Source: Eledone cirrhosa (Eukaryota). Taken from it: DNA of 64,000 nucleotides. Numbering within the stretch: the stretch's first letter is position 1; every line of letters begins with the position of its first letter. The position numbers were made by a program, and so were the translations under genes. Positions 1-12,846 of the stretch are shown one piece after another. The DNA is taken from the NCBI GenBank assembly GCA_964016885.1, contig CAXHJY010000780.1, forward strand, positions 35,656 to 99,655. Direction: 5' to 3'. A model generated the notes under the pieces. The model ran no database searches. It saw nothing but the letters and a program-made list of their open reading frames with translations, and was not told the origin of the DNA.

Positions 1-3000
1 AAATCCCCAGCATGTGTTTTTGTTTTGTCCCCTTTTCTTGTGCGCCCTTGTGGCTAATAAAGAAATATATCTCTCTATCTGTCTAACTCTCTACCTTTCC
101 ATCTATCTATTTCTATCTACCTATATATATATATATATTTTGTAAAATCCCCAGCATGTGTCTTTGTTTTGTCCCCTTTTCTTGTGCGCCCTTGTGGCTA
201 ATAAAGAAATATATCTCTCTATCTGTCTAACTCTCTACCTTTCCATCTATCTATTTCTATCTACCTATATATATATATTTTGTAAAATCCCCAGCATGTG
301 TCTTTGTTTTGTCCCCTTTTCTTGTGCGCCCTTGTGGCTAATAAAGAAATATATCTCTCTATCTGTCTAACTCTCTACCTTTCCATCTATCTATTTCTAT
401 CTACCTATATATATATATTTTGTAAAATCCCCAGCATGTGTCTTTGTTTTGTCCCCTTTTCTTGTGCGCCCTTGTGGCTAATAAAGAAATATATCTCTCT
501 ATCTGTCTAACTCTCTACCTTTCCATCTATCTATTTCTATCTACCTATATATATATATATATTTTGTAAAATCCCCAGCATGTGTCTTTGTTTTGTCCCC
601 TTTTCTTGTGCGCCCTTGTGGCTAATAAAGAAATATATCTCTCTATCTGTCTAACTCTCTACCTTTCCATCTATCTATTTCTATCTACCTATATATATAT
701 ATTTTGTAAAATCCCCAGCATGTGTCTTTGTTTTGTCCCCTTTTCTTGTGCGCCCTTGTGGCTAATAAAGAAATATATCTCTCTATCTGTCTAACTCTCT
801 ACCTTTCCATCTATCTATTTCTATCTACCTATATATATATATTTTGTAAAATCCCCAGCATGTGTCTTTGTTTTGTCCCCTTTTCTTGTGCGCCCTTGTG
901 GCTAATAAAGAAATATATCTCTCTATCTGTCTAACTCTCTACCTTTCCATCTATCTATTTCTATCTACCTATATATATATATATATTTTGTAAAATCCCC
1001 AGCATGTGTCTTTGTTTTGTCCCCTTTTCTTGTGCGCCCTTGTGGCTAATAAAGAAATATATCTCTCTATCTGTCTATCTACCTTTCCATCTATCTATTT
1101 CTATCTACCTATATATATATATTTTGTAAAATCCCCAGTATGTGTCTTTGTTTTGTCCCCTTTTCTTGTGCGCCCTTGTGGCTAATAAAGAAATATATCT
1201 CTCTATCTGTCTAACTCTCTACCTTTCCATCTATCTATTTCTATCTACCTATATATATATATTTTGTAAAATCCCCAGCATGTGTCTTTGTTTTGTCCCC
1301 TTTTCTTGTGCGCCCTTGTGGCTAATAAAGAAATATATCTCTCTATCTGTCTAACTCTCTACCTTTCCATCTAACTATTTCTATCTACCTATATATATAT
1401 ATTTTGTAAAATCCCCAGCATGTGTCTTTGTTTTGTCCCCTTTTCTTGTGCGCCCTTGTGGCTAATAAAGAAATATATCTCTCTATCTGTCTAACTCTCT
1501 ACCTTTCCATCTATCTATTTCTATCTACCTATATATATATATTTTGTAAAATCCCCAGCATGTGTCTTTGTTTTGTCCCCTTTTCTTGTGCGCCCTTGTG
1601 GCTAATAAAGAAATATATCTCTCTATCTGTCTAACTCTCTACCTTTCCATCTAACTATTTCTATCTACCTATATATATATATTTTGTAAAATCCCCAGCA
1701 TGTGTTTTTGTTTTGTCCCCTTTTCTTGTGCGCCCTTGTGGCTAATAAAGAAATATATCTCTCTATCTGTCTAACTCTCTACCTTTCCATCTATCTATTT
1801 CTATCTACCTATATATATATATATATTTTGTAAAATCCCCAGCATGTGTCTTTGTTTTGTCCCCTTTTCTTGTGCGCCCTTGTGGCTAATAAAGAAATAT
1901 ATCTCTCTATCTGTCTAACTCTCTACCTTTCCATCTATCTATTTCTATCTACCTATATATATATATATATTTTGTAAAATCCCCAGCATGTGTCTTTGTT
2001 TTGTCCCCTTTTCTTGTGCGCCCTTGTGGCTAATAAAGAAATATATCTCTCTATCTGTCTAACTCTCTACCTTTCCATCTAACTATTTCTATCTACCTAT
2101 ATATATATATTTTGTAAAATCCCCAGCATGTGTCTTTGTTTTGTCCCCTTTTCTTGTGCGCCCTTGTGGCTAATAAAGAAATATATCTCTCTATCTGTCT
2201 AACTCTCTACCTTTCCATCTATCTATTTCTATCTACCTATATATATATATATATTTTGTAAAATCCCCAGCATGTGTCTTTGTTTTGTCCCCTTTTCTTG
2301 TGCGCCCTTGTGGCTAATAAAGAAATATATCTCTCTATCTGTCTAACTCTCTACCTTTCCATCTAACTATTTCTATCTACCTATATATATATATATATTT
2401 TGTAAAATCCCCAGCATGTGTCTTTGTTTTGTCCCCTTTTCTTGTGCGCCCTTGTGGCTAATAAAGAAATATATCTCTCTATCTGTCTAACTCTCTACCT
2501 TTCCATCTATCTATTTCTATCTACCTATATATATATATATATTTTGTAAAATCCCCAGCATGTGTCTTTGTTTTGTCCCCTTTTCTTGTGCGCCCTTGTG
2601 GCTAATAAAGAAATATATCTCTCTATCTGTCTAACTCTCTACCTTTCCATCTATCTATTTCTATCTACCTATATATATATATATATTTTGTAAAATCCCC
2701 AGCATGTGTTTTTGTTTTGTCCCCTTTTCTTGTGCGCCCTTGTGGCTAATAAAGAAATATATCTCTCTATCTGTCTAACTCTCTACCTTTCCATCTATCT
2801 ATTTCTATCTACCTATATATATATATATATTTTGTAAAATCCCCAGCATGTGTCTTTGTTTTGTCCCCTTTTCTTGTGCGCCCTTGTGGCTAATAAAGAA
2901 ATATATCTCTCTATCTGTCTAACTCTCTACCTTTCCATCTATCTATTTCTATCTACCTATATATATATATATATTTTGTAAAATCCCCAGCATGTGTCTT

Positions 3001-4635
3001 TGTTTTGTCCCCTTTTCTTGTGCGCCCTTGTGGCTAATAAAGAAATATATCTCTCTATCTGTCTAACTCTCTACCTTTCCATCTATCTATTTCTATCTAC
3101 CTATATATATATATATATTTTGTAAAATCCCCAGCATGTGTCTTTGTTTTGTCCCCTTTTCTTGTGCGCCCTTGTGGCTAATAAAGAAATATATCTCTCT
3201 ATCTGTCTAACTCTCTACCTTTCCATCTATCTATTTCTATCTACCTATATATATATATATATTTTGTAAAATCCCCAGCATGTGTCTTTGTTTTGTCCCC
3301 TTTTCTTGTGCGCCCTTGTGGCTAATAAAGAAATATATCTCTCTATCTGTCTAACTCTCTACCTTTCCATCTATCTATTTCTATCTACCTATATATATAT
3401 TTTGTAAAATCCCCAGCATGTGTCTTTGTTTTGTCCCCTTTTCTTGTGCGCCCTTGTGGCTAATAAAGAAATATATCTCTCTATCTGTCTAACTCTCTAC
3501 CTTTCCATCTATCTATTTCTATCTACCTATATATATATATTTTGTAAAATCCCCAGCATGTGTCTTTGTTTTGTCCCCTTTTCTTGTGCGCCCTTGTGGC
3601 TAATAAAGAAATATATCTCTCTATCTGTCTAACTCTCTACCTTTCCATCTATCTATTTCTATCTACCTATATATATATATTTTGTAAAATCCCCAGCATG
3701 TGTCTTTGTTTTGTCCCCTTTTCTTGTGCGCCCTTGTGGCTAATAAAGAAATATATCTCTCTATCTGTCTAACTCTCTACCTTTCCATCTATCTATTTCT
3801 ATCTACCTATATATATATATATATTTTGTAAAATCCCCAGCATGTGTCTTTGTTTTGTCCCCTTTTCTTGTGCGCCCTTGTGGCTAATAAAGAAATATAT
3901 CTCTCTATCTGTCTAACTCTCTACCTTTCCATCTATCTATTTCTATCTACCTATATATATATATATATTTTGTAAAATCCCCAGCATGTGTCTTTGTTTT
4001 GTCCCCTTTTCTTGTGCGCCCTTGTGGCTAATAAAGAAATATATCTCTCTATCTGTCTAACTCTCTACCTTTCCATCTATCTATTTCTATCTACCTATAT
4101 ATATATATATATTTTGTAAAATCCCCAGCATGTGTCTTTGTTTTGTCCCCTTTTCTTGTGCGCCCTTGTGGCTAATAAAGAAATATATCTCTCTATCTGT
4201 CTAACTCTCTACCTTTCCATCTATCTATTTCTATCTACCTATATATATATATATATTTTGTAAAATCCCCAGCATGTGTCTTTGTTTTGTCCCCTTTTCT
4301 TGTGCGCCCTTGTGGCTAATAAAGAAATATATCTCTCTATCTGTCTAACTATCTACCTATATATATATATTTTGTAAAATCCCCAGCATGTGTCTTTGTT
4401 TTGTCCCCTTTTCTTGTGCGCCCTTGTGGCTAATAAAGAAATATATCTCTCTATCTGTCTAACTCTCTACCTTTCCATCTATCTATTTCTATCTACCTAT
4501 ATATATATATTTTGTAAAATCCCCAGCATGTGTCTTTGTTTTGTCCCCTTTTCTTGTGCGCCCTTGTGGCTAATAAAGAAATATATCTCTCTATCTGTCT
4601 AACTCTCTACCTTTCCATCTATCTATTTCTATCTA

Positions 4636-4640
<5 letters not shown>
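1..4640 (+). repeat. ~140-142 bp satellite (~33 copies, runs off the left edge) derived from the 3' UTR/tail of a Tx1-like LINE
   Basis: Near-identical units TTTGTAAAATCCCCAGCATGTGTCTTTGTTTTGTCCCC...GCCCTTGTGGCTAATAAAGAAAT-(TCTA)-like-(TA)n. They match the LINE 3' ends at 6127-6245 and 37501-37572. Confidence 0.93.
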
Positions 4641-4684
<44 letters not shown>

Positions 4685-4693
<9 letters not shown>

Positions 4694-4901
4694 TTTAATA
4701 TAGAAGAGATTCTACAGGACCAGAACTGTTTCATTCTTTAGAAATCATCAGGAATCTCAAATGGGAGATTCCTGATGATTTCTAAAGAATGAAACAGTTC
4801 TAGTCCTGTAGAATCTCTTCTATATTAAAACTTTTATACTCTGCAATGTATTGAGTACCTTACTTACTGTGGTTACCTCCGATTCAACCCGGAATAACGT
4901 A

Positions 4902-4903
<2 letters not shown>
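4685..4903. mobile_element. Palindromic Penelope-like pLTR/retrozyme-type element in (TA)n
   Basis: ~74 bp near-perfect inverted arms (4685-4758 and 4765-4838) plus a unique tail. Related fragments at 12955-13080 and 52438-52570. Confidence 0.75.
4765..4817 (+). ncRNA. Type I hammerhead ribozyme motif (mirror copy on - strand at 4706-4758)
   Basis: Stem I GAGATTC/GAATCTC, core CTGATGA, stem II TTC-TAAA-GAA, GAAA, stem III ACAG/CTGT, cleavage triplet GTA. Confidence 0.8.
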
Positions 4904-4940
<37 letters not shown>

Positions 4941-5340
4941 ACAGAAAGAGACGATTATGAGGAAGAAAAATATATTTTTTTTCATTTTTTTTTACTCTCT
5001 CTCTTTTTTCTGGGTTAGAAAATGATCAAAACGAAATGTTTTACTTTGTGTGAAGTGTTAAGGTATTAGTTGATTTATTTATTATTTAACAATGGCATTT
5101 ATTTATCTATTTATATATTTTATTATTATATATATATATCTGTTGCTTCACTATTTTGTTTGTTTACCCTCGCGTCCCCTTTATTTACGTGTCCCAACGA
5201 CTTTTTTTAGCCGTTGCTCGCACCAACCGGAGGTATATGGTCTTTAAAGCGATGAAATGCCTATGATGGTTGGAAGATCACTGATGAAGGACAAACTTTT
5301 TTCATATGTAACCCATTTGCAACGCCGCAGCTCCATTATT

Positions 5341-5388
<48 letters not shown>

Positions 5389-5403
5389 CCTATCTGCCTA
5401 CTT

Positions 5404-5434
<31 letters not shown>

Positions 5435-5639
5435 CTATCTAAATTTATTTTGTTATATTTTATTTTATTTTTATACTTTTATATCTTGTTATTGCCTCCT
5501 CCGTATTGAGGACGCCTTTGCATGTAAACTCCCCCCCTTTGTACTTGTCCCACTTTTGATGCCCTGGTGGCAAATAAAAAGAAAGTTATCTATCTATCTA
5601 TCTGTCTGTCTGTCTATCTACCTATCTATCTATCTGCTG

Positions 5640-6192
5640 TCGCGTATGGGACAAATACAGTTGACTGCCGAGTCCATAGTAAGGATCAAACCGCCAGACT
5701 CTTTCAAAAACGAAAGAGAGGCGGTTTTCCTCTGTACGGTGGCTATGGTGAAAGAAGTTATATGGTGGACGAGGTTGAGAGGACTGAGGACAGATGCCTT
5801 TCTCTCCGGACAACAATTGATTCCATTCTTTAAGTATCACTTTAGAAGGAGAATCAGGGTGGAGAGAGAGGCACTGCACCCCAGTAAATTTACTGAAAGG
5901 TGGGTGAATGAAGCGAAAATGGCCCGAGTGATTGGGCCTTCTCTGTTTATAAGCCTGTAGGTTGAGGAAGAGAGCAAAAGGAAGAAAGGAGCACTTGCAC
6001 AACACACTCCTCGAGTTGAGGGTTGTTCTATCGACGGGGTATTAAACAACCCATTTGTGGCGCCTCCCCCATATTGGGGATTTCGATTGTTGAAATTGTT
6101 TGTTTTTATATTTTTTAAACGGCTGTATGTAAAATCCCCGGCATGTCTTTGTATTGTCCCTTTCTTGTTGCGCCCTTGTGGCTAATAAAGAA

Positions 6193-6245
<53 letters not shown>
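5640..6245 (+). mobile_element. 5'-truncated Tx1/L1-like LINE: ORF2 C-terminus, 3' UTR, AATAAA and (TCTA)n tail
   Basis: Peptide ...VAMVKEVIWWTRLRG...FFKYHFRRRIRVERE...FTERW is homologous to ORF 37015-37296. Clade assignment is by recognition of the W-x-x-R...F-x-x-R-W C-terminal pattern. Confidence 0.7.
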
Positions 6246-6662
6246 CCTTCTTCCCATCTATCTCTAAATCCAAACTGCTCTCTTTGCTCTGCTCTAGGAA
6301 TTGTACCAATCCAAGTCAGGGTGTCAAACCTGTCGAACACCTCTGCTGCGGAGTCCACAGATGACCATCTCTATGAGGAGCCAATTACTGGCACGCTTCT
6401 CAGCTCTTTCTCCATTTCCAAAGCACGACCTCCAGCCACAACATCAAACAACAACAACAACAGTGGATGAAGCCTTAAACCCCTGCCTTACCTACCTGCC
6501 TCGCCTGTGTACTTGCCTGCCTACCAGCCTCATCACATCTCAGCTTGTCTCTCTGTTTATCTATCCAAGACATTTAACCTCTTCGGTGCCGTAGATGAGA
6601 TAACTCATTCTAACATGTATGCATTCCAGTGTCACGGATGAGATAACTCGTCCTAACATGTT

Positions 6663-7595
6663 TGAACTCGTTTCCAACAGTTCATAACTTCAAAGTTAGG
6701 AACTCGTTTCCAACAGTTCATAACTTCAAAGGTAGGAACTCGTTTCCAACAGTTCATAACTTCAAAGTTAGGAACTCGTTTCTAACAGTTCATAACTTTA
6801 AAGTTATGAACTCCTTTCCAACAGTTCATAACTTCAAAGTTAGGAACTCCTTTCCAACAGTTCATAACTTCAAAGTTATGAACACCTTTCCAACAGTTCA
6901 TAACTTTAAAGTTATGAACACCTTTCCAACAGTTCACAACTTCAAAGCCATGAACTCGTTTCTAACAGTTCATAACTTTAAAGTTATAAACTCCTTTCCA
7001 ACAGTTCATAACTTCAAAGTTATAAACTCCTTTCCAACAGTTTATAACTTCAAAGTTATAAACTCCTTTCCAACAGTTCATAACTTCAAAGTTATAAACT
7101 CCTTTCCAACAGTCCATAACTTCAAAGTTATAAACTCCTTTCCAACAGTTCATAACTTCAAAGTTATAAACTCCTTTCCAACAGTCCATAACTTCAAAGT
7201 TATAAACTCCTTTCCAACAGTCCATAACTTCAAAGTTATAAACTCCTTTCCAACAGTTCATAACTTCAAAGTTATAAACTCCTTTCCAACAATCCATAAC
7301 TTCAAAGTTATAAACTCCTTTCCAACAGTCCATAACTTCAAAGTTATAAACTCCTTTCCAACAGTTCATAACTTCAAAGTTATAAACTCCTTTCCAACAA
7401 TCCATAACTTCAAAGTTATAAACTCCTTTCCAACAGTTCATAACTTCAAAGTTATGAACTCCTTTCCAACAGTCCATAACTTCAAAGTTATAAACTCCTT
7501 TCCAACAGTTCATAACTTCAAAGTCATGAACTCGTTTCTAACAGTTCATAATTTCAAAGTTATGAACTCATTTCCAACAGTTCATAACTTCAAAG
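6663..7595. repeat. 33 bp minisatellite, ~28 copies
   Basis: Unit AACTCCTTTCCAACAGTTCATAACTTCAAAGTTAT-like. The 316 aa ORF is a by-product of the 33 bp period. Confidence 0.95.
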
Positions 7596-7893
7596 CTAGA
7601 TGGGGTTACTAGTTTATTGATGTGACGTTTGTAGTCATAAAATAGTCATTTTATTAAAGAAAAAATAACCCTCCACAGCAACTGTAGCTATGTAAAATAT
7701 ACATGGCAGTCAACAGGTTAAACCATTTTAATCTAAACCTTGCCAAAATTTGGTTCAGGTCCTATGAAACAAAACCACCCAATTTAATAATTTTAGTAAA
7801 TCCCACAAATTCCTTCATTAATTAATTGAAATACAAGGTTCCTATCTAAATTAAAATTTTCCAATATAATTATATTTAAGAACCATATGTTAA

Positions 7894-8471
7894 CCCTTTA
7901 GCATTTAAACTGGCCGTATCTGACCAGAACTCTCTCAATTCGTTCTGTTCAAACCAGTTGTAATTGGCCACTCATACTGATGTTAAGGTATTGTTCATAA
8001 AATAAATAATATCAAAATATCATAGATTCAATATTATGTGAGATATTATGTGAGGTAAAGCCTTTACTGTGACAATACAATAGTATATATAGAGTAATGT
8101 AAATGTTATGTGAGATATTATGTGAGGTAAAGCCTTTACTGTGACAATACAATAGTATATATAGAGTAATGTAAATGTTATGTGAGATATTATGTAAGGT
8201 AAAGCCTTTACTGTGACAATACAATAGTATATATAGAGTAATGTAAATGTTATGTGAGATATTATGTGAGGTAAAGCCTTTACTGTGAAAATACAATAGT
8301 ATATATAGAGTAATGTAAATGTTATGTGAGGTATTATGTGAGGTAAAGCCTTTACTGTGACAATACAATAGTATATATAGAGTAATGTAAATGTTGTGAG
8401 ATATTATGTGAGATAAAGCCTTTACTGTGACAATACAATAGTATTTATAGAGTAATGTAAAAGGTAAGGGG
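7894..8471. mobile_element. piggyBac-like MITE carrying ~6 copies of a 72 bp internal repeat
   Basis: TTAA|CCCTTTAGCATT ... AAGGGG|TTAA termini. The internal array lies at 8030-8460, and a sister copy lies at 48099-50420. Confidence 0.7.
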
Positions 8472-8789
8472 TTAATTTCCCGTCTTAGTAATGAAATAAT
8501 CAATAATTTTGGTAAATCCCTTAAAATACTTCATCAATTGAAATACAGGGTTCCTATTTAAATAAAAATCTTCCAACATAATTTTATAAAAGAACCTTAC
8601 ATTAAATTAGTATCTTAGTAAGGAAATAATTAGTATTTTAGTAAATCACTCAAAATTCTTCTGCTTTTTATCTAATTAAAACAGGCTGTGTTCTTTTTAA
8701 AACAAAACCAGACATTCTAAAGAGTTTTCTATTTAAATTAAGATCTTCCAACATGTCTGTCTGTTTATTTGCCCCTGTGGCAAATAAAG

Positions 8790-8808
8790 ATATCTATCTC
8801 TCTATGAC

Positions 8809-8863
<55 letters not shown>

Positions 8864-9140
8864 GCCTGTCTGTCTGTCTCTCTGTCTGTCTGTCTCTCTG
8901 TCTCTCTGTCTCTCTGTCTCTCTGTCTGTCTGTCTCTCTGTCTGTCTCTCTGTCTCTCTGTCTGTCTCTCTGTCTGTCTCTCTGTCTGTCTGTCTCTCTG
9001 TCTCTCTGTCTCTCTGTCTGTCTGTCCATCTGTCTGCCTGTCTCTCTGTCTGTCTGTCATCCATCATCTCTCTCTCTCTCTCCCTCTCTCTCTCTCTCTC
9101 TCCCTTACTCTCCCCTCTCCCCTCTCTCTCTCTCTCTGCT
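8790..9140. repeat. (TCTG)n/(TC)n microsatellite following a LINE-type GCCCCTGTGGCAAATAAAG 3' end
   Basis: Directly visible in the sequence. Confidence 0.9.
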
Positions 9141-9335
9141 AACACCTTGGCCAACATCTTTAACTCTTGAGCAGTTATGGTCCTGAAATTGCTTATCTTG
9201 TCCCCCTTGTCCTCATCTTTCCTGACCAGCGTTACTACACCTCTGCCTACAGAACTGGGGACCCTCCCGTTCTGCTGCCAGTTGCAGTAGACTGCTTCGG
9301 GGACGCCAGAAAACAAGTCTAGCATGCCTATGTAA
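9140..9335 (-). pseudogene. Fragment of a Tx1/L1-like LINE reverse transcriptase (N-terminal RT region)
   Basis: GRGVVTLVRKDEDKGDKISNFRTIT...KMLAKVLA resembles the G-x-I-x-L-I-x-K...N-x-RPI...K-I-L-A-K motif. Confidence 0.75.
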
Positions 9336-9340
9336 AACCC

Positions 9341-10395
9341 TGTAATAAATGTTTCTACTTTTGGGGGCACAAGGCCAGCAATTACCCCAGTGTATTACTG
9401 GTACTTTATTTTATCGACCCCGTAATAACTGTTTCTACTTTTGGGTGCACAAGGCCAGCAATTACCCCAGTGTATTACTGGTACTTTATTTTATCGACCC
9501 CGTAATAAATGTTTCTACTTTTGGGGGCACAAGGCCAGCAATTACTCCAGTGTATTATTGGTACTTTATTTTATCGACCCCGTAATAAATGTTTCTACTT
9601 TTGGGGGCACAAGGCCAGCAATTACCCCAGTGTATTACTGGTACTTTATTTTATCGGCCCCGTAATAACTGTTTCTACTTTAGGCACAAGGCCAGCAATT
9701 ACCCCAGTGTATTACTGGTACTTTATTTTATCGACCCCGTAATAAATGTTTCTACTTTTGGGGGCACAAGGCCAGCAATTACCCCAGTGTATTACTGGTA
9801 CTTTATTTTATCGACCCCGTAATAAATGTTTCTACTTTTGGGGGCACAAGGCCAGCAATTACCCCAGTGTATTACTGGTACTTTATTTTATCGACCCCGT
9901 AATAAATGTTTCTACTTTTGGGGGCCACAAGGCCAGCAATTACCCCAGTATATTACTGGTACTTTATTTTATCAGCCCCGTAATAAATGTTTCTACTTTT
10001 GGGGGCACAAGGCCAGCAATTACCCCAGTGTATTACTGGTACTTTATTTTATCAGCCCCGTAATAAATGTTTCTACTTTTGGGGGCACAAGGCCAGCAAT
10101 TACCCCAGTGTATTACTGGTACTTTATTTTATCGACCCCGTAATAAATGTTTCTACTTTTGGGGGCACAAGGCCAGCAATTACCCCAGTGTATTACTGGT
10201 ACTTTATTTTATCAGCCCCGTAATAAATGTTTCTACTTTTGGGGGCACAAGGCCAGCAATTACCCCAGTGTATTACTGGTACTTTATTTTATCGACCCCG
10301 TAAGAATGAAAGGCAAAGTTAACTTCGGCGGGATTTGAACTCAGATCGTAAAGGGCCGTAACTCTATGCTCCAAAGCATGCTGTCCGACCCTGTG
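9341..10395 (-). mobile_element. tRNA-derived SINE (family B) whose 3' 80 bp is tandemly amplified ~12 times
   Basis: Head at 10300-10395 (reverse complement has GAGTTCAAATCCCGCC, a B box). The 80 bp units at 9341-10300 equal the 3' part of the single-copy SINE at 35928-36110. Confidence 0.85.
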
Positions 10396-10729
10396 CCAAT
10401 CCAATTTAATAATAATAATAGTTTCATTCATCATATTATCACTACCATCATCATCATCTTCTTATTAATTAGATTACAGTGAAATTCCGTTATAATGAAA
10501 TTCTCAGGGTATTAAAAAAAAAAATTTGTTGTACTGAGATCGACTGAAAGACATGGAACGTTTGTTTGTTATTACCTTGGGAATTGAAATCTCGTTATAA
10601 CGGAGTTTTACCTGTGTTAATTTCCTGACCAATGATTCTATGTTTTTAAACATGAAGTTTTTTTGTACATTATGTTTCATTCTGTGAAAGCCTGTACCAT
10701 CATCAGTTGTCGTAACCTTGGGTGTATTC

Positions 10730-11210
10730 AACAACAACAGTAACAACAACAAAAGTAGCAGTAACAACAACAACAACAGTAACAGTAACAACAACAGTAA
10801 CAACAACAATAACAACACCACCACCAACAACAACACCAACAACACCACCACCACAAACATCAACAGCAACTCCATCAACACACCAACAATACCAACACCA
10901 CCACCACCATCACCAACAACACCACCAACAACAACAACACCACCACCAACAACCACCACCACCACCACCAACAACAACACCACGAGCACCAACACCACCA
11001 CCAACAACAACACCACCAGCAACACCACCAGCAACACCAACACCAACACCAACAACAACAACACAAACACCAACAACAACAACAATACCACCAACAACAA
11101 CAACACCACCAATAACAACACAACCACCACCACCACCAACAACAACACAACCACCACCAACAACAACAACAACAACAATACCACCACCAACAACAATACC
11201 ACCAACAACC
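10730..11210. repeat. (AAC)n/(CAC)n trinucleotide tract
   Basis: Directly visible in the sequence. Confidence 0.95.
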
Positions 11211-11467
11211 GTACCACAGTGTGTTACAATTGCCCCCCATTACAGTGTTGTTAGTGTAGTTGTTGTTGTTGTAGTAGACAATCAGAAATAATTCACCTGA
11301 TGATGTCAGGCGGAGAAACTCATTGATGTACAGTGTTGATGTAAATATTACAAAAAAATATTATTGTAAAAAGAATAATATAATAAATACATAAAAATAT
11401 GTGTTTAGCTCTTTTATTCCATGTAAATATAATTTATGATAGGGTTAGGGTAAACTATATATACATA

Positions 11468-11690
11468 TACATCCAGAGTTGACATTGCACTTAGTGCTCC
11501 TGTGGGAGCCCCTACATGGACACACTAGAAGTGGGAGACCAAGGTTAACGTATGTTGATGCCCTAAGGACAGACACTGGTCTGTTGGAGACGCAGGACAT
11601 GGCAGCGATAATGAGGGACAGAGACCGCTGGAGAGAACTCGTCCATGGATCTCGGGAATTTTACCCGCCTTAGATAGATTAGATAGATAT
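11468..11690 (+). mobile_element. RTE-clade LINE 3' fragment with (TAGA)n tail
   Basis: LLWEPLHGHTRSGRPRLTYVDALRTDTG...MRDRDRWR. Second copy at 27798-28055. Confidence 0.8.
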
Positions 11691-11935
11691 ATATATGTAA
11701 GTATGTGTGTATACGTACATACATATATGTATACAGACGTACAGTAGCATGCATATATATGTATATATATATATATATACATACAGGTACACATACATAT
11801 ATGCACGTATCAGTTTAGCGGACGCTTATTATAACGCCGCTTTGTTCGTTTGTAAACAAACTGAACAGCCTGAATTTTATGCCGTACGGTGTTAAGGCAA
11901 CCACGTCACCTTTTTGTTCAACACTGACACAGGAA

Positions 11936-11976
11936 CGATGTACTAGTTTCAAGCTTGTTAGCTATCATCAGCACCG
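11936..11976 (-). ncRNA. Minimal type I hammerhead ribozyme motif
   Basis: Reverse complement: CGGTG CTGATGA T-AGCT-AACA-AGCT-T GAAAC TA GTA CATCG. Stem III is the palindrome ACTAGT. Confidence 0.8.
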
Positions 11977-12064
11977 TATACCCTTCTGCTAGATAGTTGA
12001 ACGTTCGAAAGTATATACTTTCCTTATGAAAATTAACGACTGAGCAGCCTAATTTTCATATCGA

Positions 12065-12099
<35 letters not shown>

Positions 12100-12104
<5 letters not shown>

Positions 12105-12846
12105 TAAAACATGTCTATAGAATCACCAGATAAAATATATACCATTTCCTCTCCCAATTAGCATAATTAACCATATACAAAATCGATTAGACCAAGCTAT
12201 AAGAATAAAGGCTTCTATGAAGAAATCTCCGACAAATAACCGAAAGCAGCGCCTTCGCGTCAGTTGCGACGGAATATTTATCGTGTATTTCGACAGCGTG
12301 TATGAATCGCCCAGATATACATTCAACCAAACATAATAAGGTGTAAAATAAACTAGGAGAAAACTGACGCGAAGGGCTGCTTTCGGTTATTTGTCGGAGA
12401 TTTCTTCATAGAAGCCTTTATCCTTATAGCTTGGTCTTATAGCGAAATTGTATGAATGTAACAAAACGAGGCATGGTTTGTGTGTATAATATTTAATTAA
12501 CAATGGTAGATAGTATAGTTGACATGTCAAAGAAATAGATGATAGAATGAAACAAAGTTAGTCGTTACCGTTTTGATTGCCAGGCAAACGCGGCTGGCAG
12601 AGGACGCCTGGCTAAGGCCAGGCGCCGGAAGGCCAAATGAGAGGCAGAGAGCCGAGAGCTATTCGTTTTATAGGGCTCTGCCGGAAGTTACAGAAAAGGT
12701 TCTACTTCCCGTTTAGATGTTAATCCAAACAAGGGAGACAACCGCTACAGTCTAATCGATTTTTTATATGGTTAATTATGCTAATTGGGAGAGGAAATGG
12801 TATATATTTTATCTGGTGATTCGATAGACATGTTTTATGATATATA
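12100..12846. mobile_element. Inverted-repeat element (~165 bp arms) with a solo LTR inserted in the right arm
   Basis: 12100-12265 is the reverse complement of 12362-12437 joined to 12750-12846. Confidence 0.8.
12438..12749 (-). mobile_element. Solo LTR (Ty3/gypsy-like), 312 bp
   Basis: Termini TATAGCG...CGCTACA (TG...CA with one change), 4 bp TSD GTCT on both sides, CCCTATAAAA TATA-like motif on the - strand near 12665-12676. Confidence 0.75.

Noticed and set aside
5276-5320. CTGATGAAGGAC possible hammerhead
   Set aside because: There is no matching stem II 3' strand, GAAA or stem I partner downstream; at best it is truncated.
6250-6600. 97 aa ORF in more GC-rich sequence
   Set aside because: No recognisable domain or splice structure.
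10504-11291. Mucin-like or poly-N/T/Q ORFs
   Set aside because: They come from a trinucleotide repeat that is open in several frames, with no exon evidence.
11292-11336. CTGATGA...GAAAC...GTA possible hammerhead
   Set aside because: Stems I and II do not pair convincingly.
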